64,000 nucleotides of DNA from Mytilus galloprovincialis (Eukaryota): NCBI RefSeq assembly GCF_965363235.1, contig NC_134842.1, positions 33,976,757-34,040,756 on the forward strand, given 5' to 3'. Positions within the stretch are counted from its first letter, which is position 1, and every line of letters starts with the position of its first letter. This document shows positions 11,043 to 22,665 of the stretch, in pieces. Position numbers and translations under genes: made by a program. Under the pieces are notes generated by a model. It saw only the letters and a list, made by a program, of their open reading frames with translations. It had not been told where the DNA came from and made no database searches.

Positions 11043-12708
11043 ATACGACCGCAAACGGTAGTATATTGGTATATGACGTTGGCGTCGTCGTCGTCGTCCG
11101 AAGACACATCGGTTTTCGCACTATAACTTTATTTTAAGTGAATAGAAATCTACGAAATTTAAAAACAAGGTTTATGACCACAAAAGGAAGGTTTGGATTG
11201 ATTTTGGGAGTTTTGGTCCTAACAGTTTAGGAATTAGGGGCCAAAAAAGGGCCCAAAATAAGCATTTTTCTTGGTTTTCGCACAATAACTTTAGTATAAG
11301 TAAATAGAAATCAATGAAATTTAAACACAAGGTTTATGACCACAAAAGGAAGGTTTGGATGGATTTTGGGAGTTTTGGTCCCAACAGTTTAGGAATTAGG
11401 GGGTCCAAAGGGTCCAAAATTAAACTTTGTTTGATTTTATCAAAAATTGAATAATTGGTTTTCTTTGATATGCCGAATCTAACCGTGTATGTAGATTCTT
11501 AATTTTTGGTCCTGTTTTAAAATTGGTCTACATTAAGGTCCAAAGGGTCCAAAATTAAACTTGATTTTAACAAAAAATTAATTCTTGGGGTTCTTTGATA
11601 TGCTGAATCTAACATGTACTTAGATTTTTGATTATGGGCCCAGTTTTCAAGTTGGTACAAATCGGGGTCCAAAATTATTATATTAAGTATTGTTCAATAG
11701 CAAGAAATTTTCAATTGCACAGTATTGCGCAATAGCAAGAATTCTTCAATTTGCACAGTATTGTGCAATAGCAAGAAATATCTAATTGCACAATATTGCA
11801 CAATAGCAAGAAATTTTCAATTGCACAGTTTTGAGCAATAGCAAGAAATATTCAATTGCACAGTATTGTCCCGTTTTCAAATTGGTCTACATTAAGGTTC
11901 AAAGGGTCAAAAATTAAACTTTGAAAAAAATTGAATATATGGGGTTCTTCAATATGCTGAATCTAACCATGTATTTAGATTTTTAATATTTGCGCCCGGT
12001 TATCAAATTGGTCCACTTTGAGGTTTAAAGGGTCTAAAATTGAACATTATTTACTTTTATCAAAATTGAATTCTTGGGGTTCTATGATATGCTGAATCTA
12101 ACCATGTATTTAGATATTGGACCATAATAGGTAAATGTCCAATTTAGAATTTTTAAGTTTTTAAGTTCAAGTTCTTAGACCACATTCATTCTGTGTCAGA
12201 AACCTATGCTGTGTCAACTATTTAATCACAATCCAAATTCAGAGCTGTATCAAGCTTAAATGTTGTGTCCATACTTGCCCCAACTGTTCATGGTTAGACC
12301 TCTGCGGTCGTATGAAGCTGCGCCCTGCGGAGCATCTGGTTGATATTTTGGCCCGGTTATCAAATTGGTCCACATTGAGGTCTAAAGGGTCCAAAATTGA
12401 ACTTTATTTGATTTCATCAAAAATTGAATTCTTGGGGTTCTTTGATATGCTGAATCTAACCATGTATTTGTATTTTGGATATTGGACCATAATAGGTAAA
12501 TGTCCAATTTAGAATTTTTAAGTTTTTAAGTTCAAGTTCTTAGACCACATTCATTCTGTGTCAGAAACCTATGTTGTGTCAACTATTAAATCACAATCCA
12601 AATTCTGAGCTGTATCAAGCTTGAATGTTGAGTCCATACTTGCCCCAACTGTTCAGTGTTCGACCTCTGCGGTCGTATAAAGCTGCGCCCTGCGGAGCAT
12701 CTGGTTAA
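11043..12708 (+). mobile_element. Helitron/Helentron-like element copy B (in MVP intron 5) with a tandemly duplicated 3' terminal module (two complete 3' ends ending at ~12341 and ~12708)
   Basis: Same 5' terminus TATACGACCGCAAACGG plus (CGT)n. The 3' end ...ctctgcggtcgtat.aagctgcgccctgcggagcatctggtt occurs twice ~367 bp apart, each preceded by the same ~330-bp 3' module (gaccacattcattctgtgtcagaaacctatg.tgtgtcaactatt.aatcaca.tccaaatt...). Confidence 0.6.
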
Positions 12709-12978
12709 CCAATCACGAAGTTTTGGCGTACACTTTTGAAAATATTACCCAGGATGCATTAGATTCTGAAACGGCGAATTGTCAATTAACAAGTCCGCGT
12801 TCAGATCAGCATCTTTACATTGTGTATTTTACAAAAGACATTCTTTTTCCTCAATGTCAAGGCAACTCAACAGCTGAAAGCTGATCTTTAACTTAACTTT
12901 AACGTTATCATCGAGGGCATCTTTCTTAATTCCCCGAGTATATAATTATTCTTATTTTATATAATTGTATTTTTATAG

Positions 12979-13104
12979 GGTGAGTGTTCCTTCTTTTTGT
13001 TACCTGGAGAACGATTTGAGAGAGGTATCCAGAATGTCTATGTACTAGGAGAAGATGAAGGTGTTATTCTACGAGCCACAGAATCATTCATTGATAAAGC
13101 TGCT
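12979..13104 (+). CDS. MVP: MVP exon 6: [42 protein letters not shown]
   Basis: Acceptor ttttatag|ggt; donor gct|gtgagt. Matches human [39 protein letters not shown]. Confidence 0.85.
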
Positions 13105-13705
13105 GTGAGTTGAACTGTGAACACTATTAAGTATTGATATCACGTGTTTCTTCTTTTTGTGATATGATTGGTTGTCCATACTATAAAACAAAACTTTAAC
13201 CAAATGATTAACGACCATTAAAAGTGAACACAGAAAATTGCATATTCTTGTCACCACGCTTCGTAATGTAAAGCCTGAATGAATGCTAAAGTGTTTATTC
13301 TCAAACGTTACAAGTTACTGTGGATTCATTATTTTCGTGGATACCAATTTTCGTGGTTTGAGGAAAACTTGCATATTCGTGGATATTTAATTTCGTGGTT
13401 TTGACAAAGTATGCATATATTCCTTTAGAAAATTTGCAATTCGTTGAATATTTAAATTCGTGGTTTCCCGGTACCCACAAAATCGACGAAAATTGGTATC
13501 CAACGAATAATAATGAATCCACGTTAGTAGTTATTCTGGGAACAGTCAACACTTTCATTAGTGATGAATGTTAAAATAAGTTTTGAACAGTTTGTCAATT
13601 ATTTCTGATATTGTGTGTCTGATATAAAATCCAAATGTTAATTGATATGTTTCGTTTATTTTGTTTCCCATTATGTATTTCTATTGATATTTTTTCTGTT
13701 TCCAG

Positions 13706-13855
13706 AAGGTAGAACGAAAACCAGGGGATAAATGGATGATTCGGGGACCAGCCGAATACGTTCCTCCTGTGGAGGTAGAGGTGACAATGAAGAGAACTGC
13801 ACTACCACTAGATGAAAATGAGGGTATCTATGTCAGATGTATTAAAACTGGAAAG
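13706..13855 (+). CDS. MVP: MVP exon 7: [50 protein letters not shown]
   Basis: Acceptor tttccag|aag; donor aag|gtatgt. Matches human [50 protein letters not shown]. Confidence 0.88.
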
Positions 13856-14113
13856 GTATGTCATACAGTTTCTATGTTCCACAAATAATCATATACATGT
13901 GTATTTTATGTGTATTTTTCTTAAAGATGTCAGTCAGTTGATAGTCTCATATTATGTAATGAAGTTCTATCAAACATCTATGTGTATAAAGCAAAATCAT
14001 TTAAGACATCAAATGTTATTTTCGGTGGTCTATAAGAATATAACTGAATAGAACTGTGAATTGAGCATATATATTTGTTTCCTTGTGATATCAAATATAA
14101 ATACACATTTTAG

Positions 14114-14355
14114 GTCAGAGCTGTAACTGGAGAGACCTACATGTTAAATCAGGATGAGGAACTATGGGCTAAAGAACTTTCTCCTGCAGTCGAGACTCTC
14201 CTTGCTGAGGCTAAAAACCCACAGGCCTTTGGTGAGAGAGGACCAAAACCAGGAAGTGAGGCTTCTAAACCACGTGACAAAACACGTGTGATCACTTTCC
14301 GAGTTCCACACAATGCTGCTGTACAGATTTACGATTATAAAGAAAAGAAAGCAAG
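14114..14355 (+). CDS. MVP: MVP exon 8: [80 protein letters not shown] + R split (phase 2 end)
   Basis: Acceptor attttag|gtc; donor ag|gtatat. Matches human [30 protein letters not shown]...[28 protein letters not shown]. Confidence 0.88.
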
Positions 14356-14595
14356 GTATATTTATAAAATTTAATAAAGTTAATAATTTAGTAAGATTCA
14401 ATGTAAGCATTAATTTTTATGTTTAGAATTGATAATGTCATCATAATACTGTTCTTGTACCTAACTTCAATTCGTGAAAGAGATTTGATTAGTAGTAGTC
14501 TGTTTATTTGAGCAATTCAATGTCTTAACAAGATCCTGATATGTAAATCATGTGATAAAATTTTAAGTTATCTTTATTTTTGCTTTTCTTAACAG

Positions 14596-14938
14596 GGTTG
14601 TTTTTGGTCCCGAGTTGGTTTTATTAGGTCCTGATGAACAATTCACGAAGCTTAGCCTTTCTGGTGGCAAACCAAAGAAAAACAATGTCATTAAATCTTT
14701 ATGTCTGTTTCTGGGGCCGGACTTCAGTACTGACATCATTACTGTAGAAACATCTGACCATGCAAGACTGTCATTACAGCTGTCGTACAACTGGCACTTT
14801 GAAATTGAAAGTAAAGAGGATAAAGTAGAGGCTGCTAAGATTTTCAGTGTACCAGATTTCATTGGAGATGCCTGCAAGGCTATAGCTTCCAGAGTCAGAG
14901 GTGCCGTAGCACAAGTACAGTTTGATGACTTCCATAAG
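14596..14938 (+). CDS. MVP: MVP exon 9: (R)[114 protein letters not shown]
   Basis: Acceptor ttaacag|g completes the AGG codon. Matches human [27 protein letters not shown]...[35 protein letters not shown]...[32 protein letters not shown]. Donor gtaagc at 14939. Confidence 0.9.
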
Positions 14939-15251
14939 GTAAGCATTATCTTTATACAGCAAATGGTCTGGTTTTAGGAATATTAAATTCGAGTGAGGGC
15001 ATACGAAACCTGAAACATTTCCCTAAATGCATGATGAGTGTAAAACTTTATCAAAATTGGTGTGTCCGAAGCGCTTTTTATGCCCCGCCTTTTTGAGTTA
15101 TGTCCCTTTATAACATTACATGCTAGCGGGGACATCATCTGTGTCCCTATGGACATATTCCCCATTTATCTTGATTGACCTCCATCATAAAAAACGTAAG
15201 AGCCTTTAAAATCCAATGTCATCTAAAAAGGAATACATTCTTTTGTTTTAG

Positions 15252-15463
15252 AATTCTGCAAGAATCATCAGATCTTCAGTATTTGGTTTTGACGAGAAAG
15301 GAAAAGTTCGAGGAGCTTTTAGATTCCCACAGAACAACTTGGTATTCACCAGTATTGATATTCAATCTGTTGAACCTGTAGATCAGAGAACAAGAGATGC
15401 CTTACAGAAATCTGTACAACTAGCCATTGAAATCACAACAAACTCACAGGAAGCTACTGCAAG
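15252..15463 (+). CDS. MVP: MVP exon 10: [70 protein letters not shown] + R split (phase 2 end)
   Basis: Acceptor ttgttttag|aat; donor ag|gtgagt. Matches human NSARIIRTAVFGFET...[34 protein letters not shown]. Confidence 0.88.
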
Positions 15464-16092
15464 GTGAGTAACTCAATAGAAATATGTAAAGCTAGCCATT
15501 GAATGCACATTTTACTCACGGGAAGCCGCTGAAAGGTAGGTTAGTTTGTCAACTTTTGTAATTAGTCACGACAAACTGAAGCTGAACCATATTCGATCGA
15601 TACAATCCTAGACATTTTCTAGGTGTAGTACACTACTGTTGCCTTGGAATTGATTCAGAAGTACATCATACATGTGTTAATGAATGTTGCACGCCTGCTA
15701 GATCTAATTGATCTTCAGAAGTAATATTGTTTAACCGTTGTGGACTGTACTAGAAGATATACAAAATTTATACTCGTACCAACATGGTTAGTGACACATA
15801 GACATATTGGGTATAAATGGCTCTGAACCAACAATATGTGGTCCAGATCATAAATGTCAGAAGTCGGAATAAACTGTTTACAGAGCGTGCAAATTTGGAA
15901 AAACAATATCCATAGAAACAATATTTTCTGAATAATTAACTTATCTGAAAACGTTTAATGTTGAAGATCTGATTTTGATGAATATTAAGTCTATACCAAA
16001 AAAAAATGAATATTATACCAATTCGTGTTTATACTTATTGTATAGTTGAAGCATGAACTATTATGTGTCTGAATGCCTTCAAATGGTTATGT

Positions 16093-16678
16093 CAAAGGAG
16101 TAGGTCCGGTAAGGACCGATTTTGGCCTCAAATTTCAGTTTCATCTGACGAAAGATTTTGACCACTTTTTAAACACTTAAGTGTTTATTTCATATGATGC
16201 AATTAATTTATGTGAAAGATTTTAACTTATTAAGTCATTAAAAACGATCCGATTCTGGCTCAAATATGAGAAATCTACCAAATATGCGAAAAATTGTCAC
16301 TTTTCAGATGGTTTTTGTCAAAAACGAAAGTGGCCGCATCCGTGTTCATCCTCAATCTTTATATATGTTATGTATTATCATTAAATACAACTTCCATTTC
16401 AATATTTTGGATGAACACGAATGCGGCCACTTTCATTTTACACGGAAACCGTCTAAAATTTAACTAAAATGCTGGAATTGTGAAGATTTCAGTAATTTAG
16501 CATGAATTAATGGTGCTAGTTCTCAATATATGTGCATTGTATTGTCATTAAGAGCCCATATTTATGTAGCAGAACCTTTCTACTATCCAATAAATGACTA
16601 AAAGTTTACATTTTAACAATTTTGTAAAACTGCTATATTTTGGGGCCAAAAAGGGGTCTTACTGGACCTACTCCTTTG
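16093..16678 (+). mobile_element. 586-bp MITE, copy 1 (inside MVP intron 10). ~35-bp imperfect TIRs caaaggagtaggtccggtaaggacc...ggtcttactggacctactcctttg. It also has an internal 26-bp-arm palindrome (gaaagtggccgcatccgtgttcatcc ... ggatgaacacgaatgcggccactttc).
   Basis: Terminal inverted repeats and the internal palindrome seen directly. No credible coding capacity. Second copy at 19701-20286 in opposite orientation. Confidence 0.75.
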
Positions 16679-16890
16679 ATGAGAAACGTAATATGTATAT
16701 TACATAACCAAATGAACTTATACCGAATAGTTTTATGTGGAAACTCTTCTTAGCCAGAAAGAACATTTTTTATCATGACCTCTGTCTGTTAAGACTGATG
16801 GATACAATTTTAATTCATACTTTTGCATTATGTTATTTGATGAAGATTTAATTCATAACTATTACTCTAAGTTTTCTTTTTAAATCTTAG

Positions 16891-17134
16891 ACATGAAGCA
16901 GAAAGATTAGAACAGGAAGCTAAAGGAAGATTAGAGAGACAGAAGATTTCAGATGAAGCAGAAGCCGAAAAATCCAGGAGACAGTTGTTGGAATTACAGG
17001 CAAACAGTGCTGCAGTAGAAAGTACTGGTCAGGCTAAAGCAGAGGCACAGTCCCGAGCTGAAGCTTCTAGGATTGAGGGTGAGGCAGCTGTAGACCAGGC
17101 CAAACTGAAATCACAGGCAATGAAAATTGAATCA
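16891..17134 (+). CDS. MVP: MVP exon 11: (R)[81 protein letters not shown]
   Basis: Acceptor aaatcttag|a completes the AGA codon; donor tca|gtaagt. Matches human [81 protein letters not shown]. Confidence 0.88.
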
Positions 17135-17519
17135 GTAAGTAGCATGGTTCATGTAAATTTTTACTGGAATTTGATGGCATAAGTGGTTAATAGGTGATTT
17201 GCTAAATCATTCAGATTTGACAACTTCATTGTTTAATTGTGTTTGATGTAGTTGTGAAGAATAGCCCACACACAAACTTAAATTTAAATCATTTCAGTTT
17301 AAAGTCGAGTTTATAATGGTGCTGGTTCCAAGTTTGTATATGTACCATTTTCTGTTTTGGCACAGTCCTTTTATTATCTGAAATTCTCTTTTGGGTGATC
17401 ATAAGAACCTTCGATTCATGTTACAACAAAACTACATGCTATCTATTCATTGAACTCAACAAAGCTGACAAGTTTTATTATTAATGATAACGTTAGTACA
17501 ATATAAAATCTTATTTTAG

Positions 17520-17861
17520 GAATCTGAATTGGAAAGACTTACACAAGCAAGAGAGGCAGAACTAGCATATGTCCGAGAACAAGATGAAATAGAACTAAGC
17601 AAATCTAGGGAAATGTCAAGCATTGAAACCACCAAATTCAAGAACATGGTGGACGCAATTGGAGCAAATACATTGGCAACCATGGCGTCGGCTGGACCAG
17701 ACCAACAGGTCCGTATGTTGCAGTCCCTGGGCCTGAAATCCACCTTAATCACGGACGGTAGCACACCTATTAATCTGTTTAATACAGCTAATGGATTGAT
17801 TGGAGGTATGATGCCAGCAAAGAGGCGAAATCGGAATGACGACGATGATTGTTATGAATAA
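17520..17861 (+). CDS. MVP: MVP exon 12 (terminal, includes TAA stop): [113 protein letters not shown]
   Basis: Acceptor cttattttag|gaa. Matches human EAELQRVQ...[58 protein letters not shown]. Stop TAA at 17859-17861. The C-terminal tail after NTANGLIGG is short and lineage-specific, so a further small intron at ggtatg (17807) cannot be excluded. Confidence 0.8.
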   Translation, partial: ESELERLTQAREAELAYVREQDEIELSKSREMSSIETTKFKNMVDAIGANTLATMASAGPDQQVRMLQSLGLKSTLITDGSTPINLFNTANGLIGGMMPAKRRNRNDDDDCYE

Positions 17862-17863
17862 AT
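17858..17863 (+). promoter_or_regulatory. Candidate polyadenylation signal AATAAA overlapping the MVP stop codon (tgAATAAAtat). Alternative downstream signals at ~18386-18395 (aaataaataa).
   Basis: AATAAA hexamer seen in sequence. Usage cannot be known without transcript data. Confidence 0.3.
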
Positions 17864-19700
17864 ATTGGAATGTGCTTTTCTTATTAACATTAGTAATTTT
17901 GTGAAGAAAGTATTTTGTTTTGTAAAATTTATCATTTGAATATATTACATGTTATTGATACTAACATTATAAACAATTTGAACATGACATGGTATATCTT
18001 TGTTATATTTATTTATAACTGATGACATTGTATAATTTATAAACTTTGAAACGATGTGTGATAGAGGCGGGCTGATTTGTGTATTGTTTAGATGAGAAGG
18101 GGATAGTGTCAGAGAGTATGATGTTTTTTATATTTCAAAAAGTGATAGATATGTATGTTTTGTATATTTGATAGGTCTTTTTGTTACCTGGTCTTAACGT
18201 GTTAGGTCTATGGTCACTTTTATACGCTAATTTATCAAAATATTTAGTATATGTGCAATACATTTTTTTTGTATTTTAATAGTTTTCTTTATCACAACAT
18301 TGTTTGTTACTCATTTTTCTGAGATTTCAGAGATCAATTTCCATGAGTTATGTTTGTATATGTTATTTTACAATTAAATGTTTATAAATAAATAATCTTG
18401 ACTTGTGTTTCACTGGCATGGATCTCCCTTCCAATAGAACTCTGAGTATTCGGAACATTCTCCACGAGGGTCGTATTGACACAAAATGCACAAGAAAACA
18501 TTATCATAACATATTAATAATGACAAGAAATACCGTGAAATCGTACAAAATTTATAGAATAGTTTATGAAATTATTATTGAAATATATCTTACGTACAAT
18601 AATTAGGTCATACCACTCCAGTGACAAATTGAAATGAACGGGGCGTCAACAAGTTGTAGTAACATTCATGATATCAAATCTAATGCACCAGATGAGTATT
18701 TAGTCAATTAATGTCTCATTAGCAATGCTCGAAGCCAAAATATTTGAAAGTCAAAAACTAATACAGACGTTGAAAAGCCGATAAAACAAAAACAAAAAGG
18801 ACCAAAAAGTAAAGCCAAACCCGGAAAAGGAATCAGAGCTCGGTATAACCAGAAACAAGCATGAACGAATAACATACTAGTAATAATCTATAATCTAGAG
18901 TTGCTATCCCTAGTTAAATGTACTAAATAAACCATTACGAAGGAACGGTAGGTAATGTTGAAAACCCTCTGCGAATGACAGTTCACCAAAAGTGTTATCA
19001 AATAAAGTTAAGCGCAAAATTGTATGCAACATTGGCTTTTGTGTGGGTCATGTTCGCTTGATTAATTTATTTTTAACTTGTTTGTTGCTTGCTCAACGTG
19101 CAAGAAGAAACTAATTATTTTGTAAACGAAACGCGTGTCTTGCTTACTAATGTTTAATCCTGGTATCTATGATGTATTGAGTTTAGATACAACCTTTGGG
19201 TCGATGCCACTGCTGGTGGAGGTTTTTTCACCGATGGTATCACCAGCCCAGTAGTTAGCACTTTAGTGTTGACATGAATTATCATTGGTATGGTCCCAAT
19301 TATAAATTAACGGTTTACAAAACTTTTTTTCCTCAGGAATAGATTACCTTGGCTTTATTTGGCAAAACCTTTCGGAATTGTGGGTGACCAATGCTCTTCG
19401 ACTTTAACCTTATTTGGCCTTTTTTACTGTGTTGATTCGAGCGTCACGTGCACTGAAAATGCGCGTCTGGCGTACAAATTTTAATTCTGGTACGTATGAT
19501 GAGTTTATTCAATACCAATTTGTTATTTTTAGAGAAGTATTGATATATTCTTCTTCGTTCAAGTTCTTATGATTTTTTTTATTCGGACTTGCATGTTTAA
19601 TTGGGAAACAATTATTTGAGGAAAGCGTAATCAAAACAGCTTAAAATACAGTTAAGTAAAATCTTATATAATCTAATAAAAAAATGCCATGCTCACTAAA

Positions 19701-20286
19701 CAAAGGAGTAGGTTCAGTAAGACCCCTTTTTGGCCCCAAAATGTAGCAGTTTTACAAAATTGTTAAAATGTAAACCTTTAGTTATTTATTGGACAGTAGA
19801 ATGCTTCTGCTACATAAATATGGGCTGTTTTTGACAATACAATGCACATATATCCGGTACTAGCACCATTAAGTCATGTTAAATTACTGAAATCCTAATA
19901 ATTCTAGCATTTTAGTTAAATTTTAGACGGTTTTCGTGTAAAACGAAAGTGGCCGCATTCGTGTTCATCCTTGATATTGAAATGTAATTTGTATTTTATG
20001 ATAATACATAACATATATAAAGGTTGAGGATGAACACGGATGCGACCACTTTCATTTTTACCAAAAACCATCTGAAAAGTGACATTTTTCGGCATATTAG
20101 GTAGATTTTTCATATTTGAGCTTGAATCGGATCGTTTTTAATGACTAAATCTGTTAAAATCTTTCACACAAACTAATTAATTCAAATAAAATAGACACTT
20201 AAGTGTTTAAAAAGTGGTCAAAATCTTTCGTCAGATGAACCTGAAATTTGAGGCCAAAATCGGTCCTTACCGGACCTAATCCTTTT
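19701..20286 (-). mobile_element. 586-bp MITE, copy 2, inverted relative to copy 1, located ~1.8 kb downstream of the MVP stop codon
   Basis: Reverse complement of 16093-16678 along its whole length (~90% identity). Track ORFs 16266-16463(+) and 19916-20113(-) translate to near-identical peptides, which gives the pair away. Confidence 0.75.
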
Positions 20287-20825
20287 AAAGTCAACCATTC
20301 ATGTATAAATATGTACATAAATATGTTTAACCCCGCCGCGTTTTTGCGCCTGTCCCAAGTCAGGAGCCTCTGGCCTTTGTTAGTCTTGTATTATTTTAAA
20401 TTTTAGTTTCTTGTGTTCAATTTTGGAGTTTAGTATGGCGTTCATTATCACTGAACTAGTATATATAATGTATTTGTTTAGGGGCCATCTGAAGGACGCC
20501 TCCGGGTGCGGGAATTTCTCGCTGCATTGAAGACCTGTTGGTGACCTTCTGCTGTTGTCAGTTCTATGGTCGGGTTGTTGTCTCTTTGACACATTCCCCA
20601 TTTCAATTTTATGGATAGATACTTCAAATTAATCATACATGTATTTTGATTGTTCAAGTTGAGTTTGTCTTTTTCACAGTTAGAATTAAAGTTTTAATGG
20701 GGTTCAATGCCACGTACAATCGAATCTCGTCCCAACTTCTTATTGAGAAACTGTTGACACAGAGATATATCTTTTTTGTAATTTTGGTTGTTTAATGCAA
20801 ATATTTAATCCAATCGACAATATTT

Positions 20826-22200
20826 AAACATGTGAACTAGGCTAAACATTCAAAGTCAATGACCCATTACTTATTGTGCAGGACCAAATAACTTCTTTGG
20901 AAATGAGGAATGCCAATGCTTATTAAACTGTATACCAAATACCGTTGACTTATCATTAGTGGTGCCTTTTACACTAACCAAAACACAAACTTTAAATTGT
21001 AAACAATGAACAAGTCAAAGAATCATGATGGAGGGATTGTGCCATATAATCTCCACGAAAAAGAGACTTGCAAATGCTAATACCGAATATCATCGACTTA
21101 ACATAATTGGTTCCCCGTAACTACAATCCCGTCCCATTTCCCTCAAATATGACTTATTAAATTAGACTTATCACCGGGTTCATATTTACATGAGCAATAT
21201 GATTGTTGCCACATGTGAAGTAGGATCTGCTCACCCTTCCGGAGCACCTGAGATTACACCCAGTTTTTGGTCGGGTTCGTATTGCTCAGTCTTTTGTTTT
21301 CTATGTTGTGTTTTGTGTACTGTTGTTTGTCTTTTTGACCCATGGCGTTGTCCGCTTATTTTAGACTTATTAGTTTGAGTGTCCATTTGTTATCTTTCGC
21401 CTCTCCCTTAAGGAAGCTATTAAACCAAGAGTTCCAAATGGTGAAGTTGAAATCATCCCTTCGTAAATTTTACGGACGCCATCACGAGTTGGTTGACCGT
21501 TATGGAATAACCGTTTCACAAATGATATCGGATATGTTCCTTACGTCGTAACTACAATCCCCTTCCCTTTCATGAATATGACCTACCGAATTAGACTATT
21601 TACCGGATTTGTAATCACATAAGCAACACGACGGGTGCCACATGTGGAGCAGGATCTGCTTACCCTCCCGGAGCACCTGAGATCACCCCTAGTTTTTGGT
21701 GGGGTTCGTGTTGTTTATTCTTTAGTTTTCTATGTTGTGTCGTGTGTACTATTGTTTTTCTGTTTGTCTTTTTCATTTTTAGCCATGGCATTGTCAGTTT
21801 GTTTTAGATTTATGAGTTTGACTGTCCCTTTGGTATCTTTCGTCCCTCTTTTAAACTGATTTAATCACAAACTTTAACGAGTAAACTATGCAAAACATTC
21901 AAAGTCAATCAACCATGACTTAGGGGCGGAGCCAAATAATCTCCATGGAAATGAGATGTGCCAATACTAATGCATTAATTTACATACCAAATATCATTAA
22001 CCTACCACTAGCGATTCCTCTCAAACAGACCTAATCACAACCTAATACGTTTCAAAAGTTTCAAAGTCCATATGCCATCACTGATTGGGTGGGGTAAAAA
22101 ACTCCATGGCAATGAAATGTGTAAATGCTAATACAACTGCATACCAATGCATGCATATACACTAAACGTAGTCCTTTGTGCAGATTGACATTCATATTAT
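20826..22200. repeat. Three dispersed copies (20826-20950, 21885-21995, 22060-22150) of a ~110-bp repeat (aaacattcaaagtcaat.a.ccat.act.a...ccaaataa.ctcc.tgg.aatgag.a.tg.caatgct.at...ataccaaat)
   Basis: Seen by eye. These flank the ~440-bp duplicated repeat. Confidence 0.5.
21110..21870. repeat. Two tandem, diverged (~80%) copies of a ~440-bp interspersed repeat (gtaactacaatccc.tccc.tt...acatgtg.ag.aggatctgct.accct.ccggagcacctgagat.acccc.agtttttggt.gggttcgt.ttg...)
   Basis: Copy 1 ~21113-21548, copy 2 ~21549-21865. The weak ggttcg motif could hint at a SINE origin, but there are no convincing A/B boxes. Confidence 0.55.
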
Positions 22201-22285
22201 GTCGAAAACGTAGAAAATATTTCATTCATCGACGACTTTGACTGATAATGAACCCGTTTTTTATGCTAGTACTGAGGAACTGACT

Positions 22286-22665
22286 ACTGGGCCGGTATAA
22301 CCTTCGGGGACTAACAGGTGGTAATAATTAACGGTACAAATTTTACTGCACCAGATGCGTATTTCGAAGACACAGTGGTTTTCGCACGACGACGACGATG
22401 ACGACGCCAACGTCATACCAATATACGACCGCACACAATTTGCATAAAAACAAGTGCAAACATCTTTAAGATAAATTATAATTGGTGTCAACTGGTTCAA
22501 AAGTTAAACAGTTAAATATATATTATTCTGTTCCAAAGTTTGTAGGACGACCTCGAGCATCGGTGGAGACATTAATTGTCGAAATACGCATCTGGTGCAG
22601 TAAAATTTGTACCGTTAATTATTACCACCTGTTAGTCCCCGAAGGTTATACCGGCCCAGTAGACC
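22286..22665. repeat. Inverted-repeat structure immediately upstream of element copy C. Arms of ~95 bp (22286-22378 vs 22565-22660) enclose an inverted fragment of the element's 5' end (22370-22434 = reverse complement of gcggtcgtatat..ggtatgac..ggcgtcgtc).
   Basis: Seen directly. Track ORFs 22261-22500(-) and 22482-22772(+) share the peptide EIRIWCSKICTVNYYHLLVPEGYTGPV because they read the two arms. Confidence 0.75.

Larger units (their letters stand above)
5526..17861 (+). other. MVP: Major vault protein gene (MVP), complete coding region, 12 coding exons, 859 aa conceptual product
   Basis: Manual splice reconstruction. All 11 introns are GT...AG with polypyrimidine tracts. Summed exon length is 2580 nt, divisible by 3 with consistent phases. 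The translation is collinear with vertebrate MVP from the N-terminus to the [15 protein letters not shown] motif. Coding segments coincide with track ORFs 5910-6251, 7140-7517, 7807-8004, 14141-14374, 14615-14977, 16985-17182 and 17529-17861. Confidence 0.9.

Noticed and set aside
14563-14946. 127-aa ORF on the minus strand (also 17516-17764 minus, 6669-6932 minus)
   Set aside because: These are antisense shadow ORFs lying over MVP exons 9 and 12, and over the intron-2 minisatellite. They have no independent support.
16266-20113. Paired 65-aa ORFs 16266-16463(+) and 19916-20113(-) with near-identical peptides
   Set aside because: They translate the internal palindrome of the two inverted MITE copies. 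Similar peptides on opposite strands are the expected by-product of an inverted repeat, not a gene family.
20300-20620. Possible tRNA-derived SINE (gggttcg-like motifs at ~21270 and ~21700, and 20485-20560)
   Set aside because: I could not identify convincing A-box/B-box pairs or a tRNA cloverleaf by eye. I left it as an unclassified interspersed repeat.
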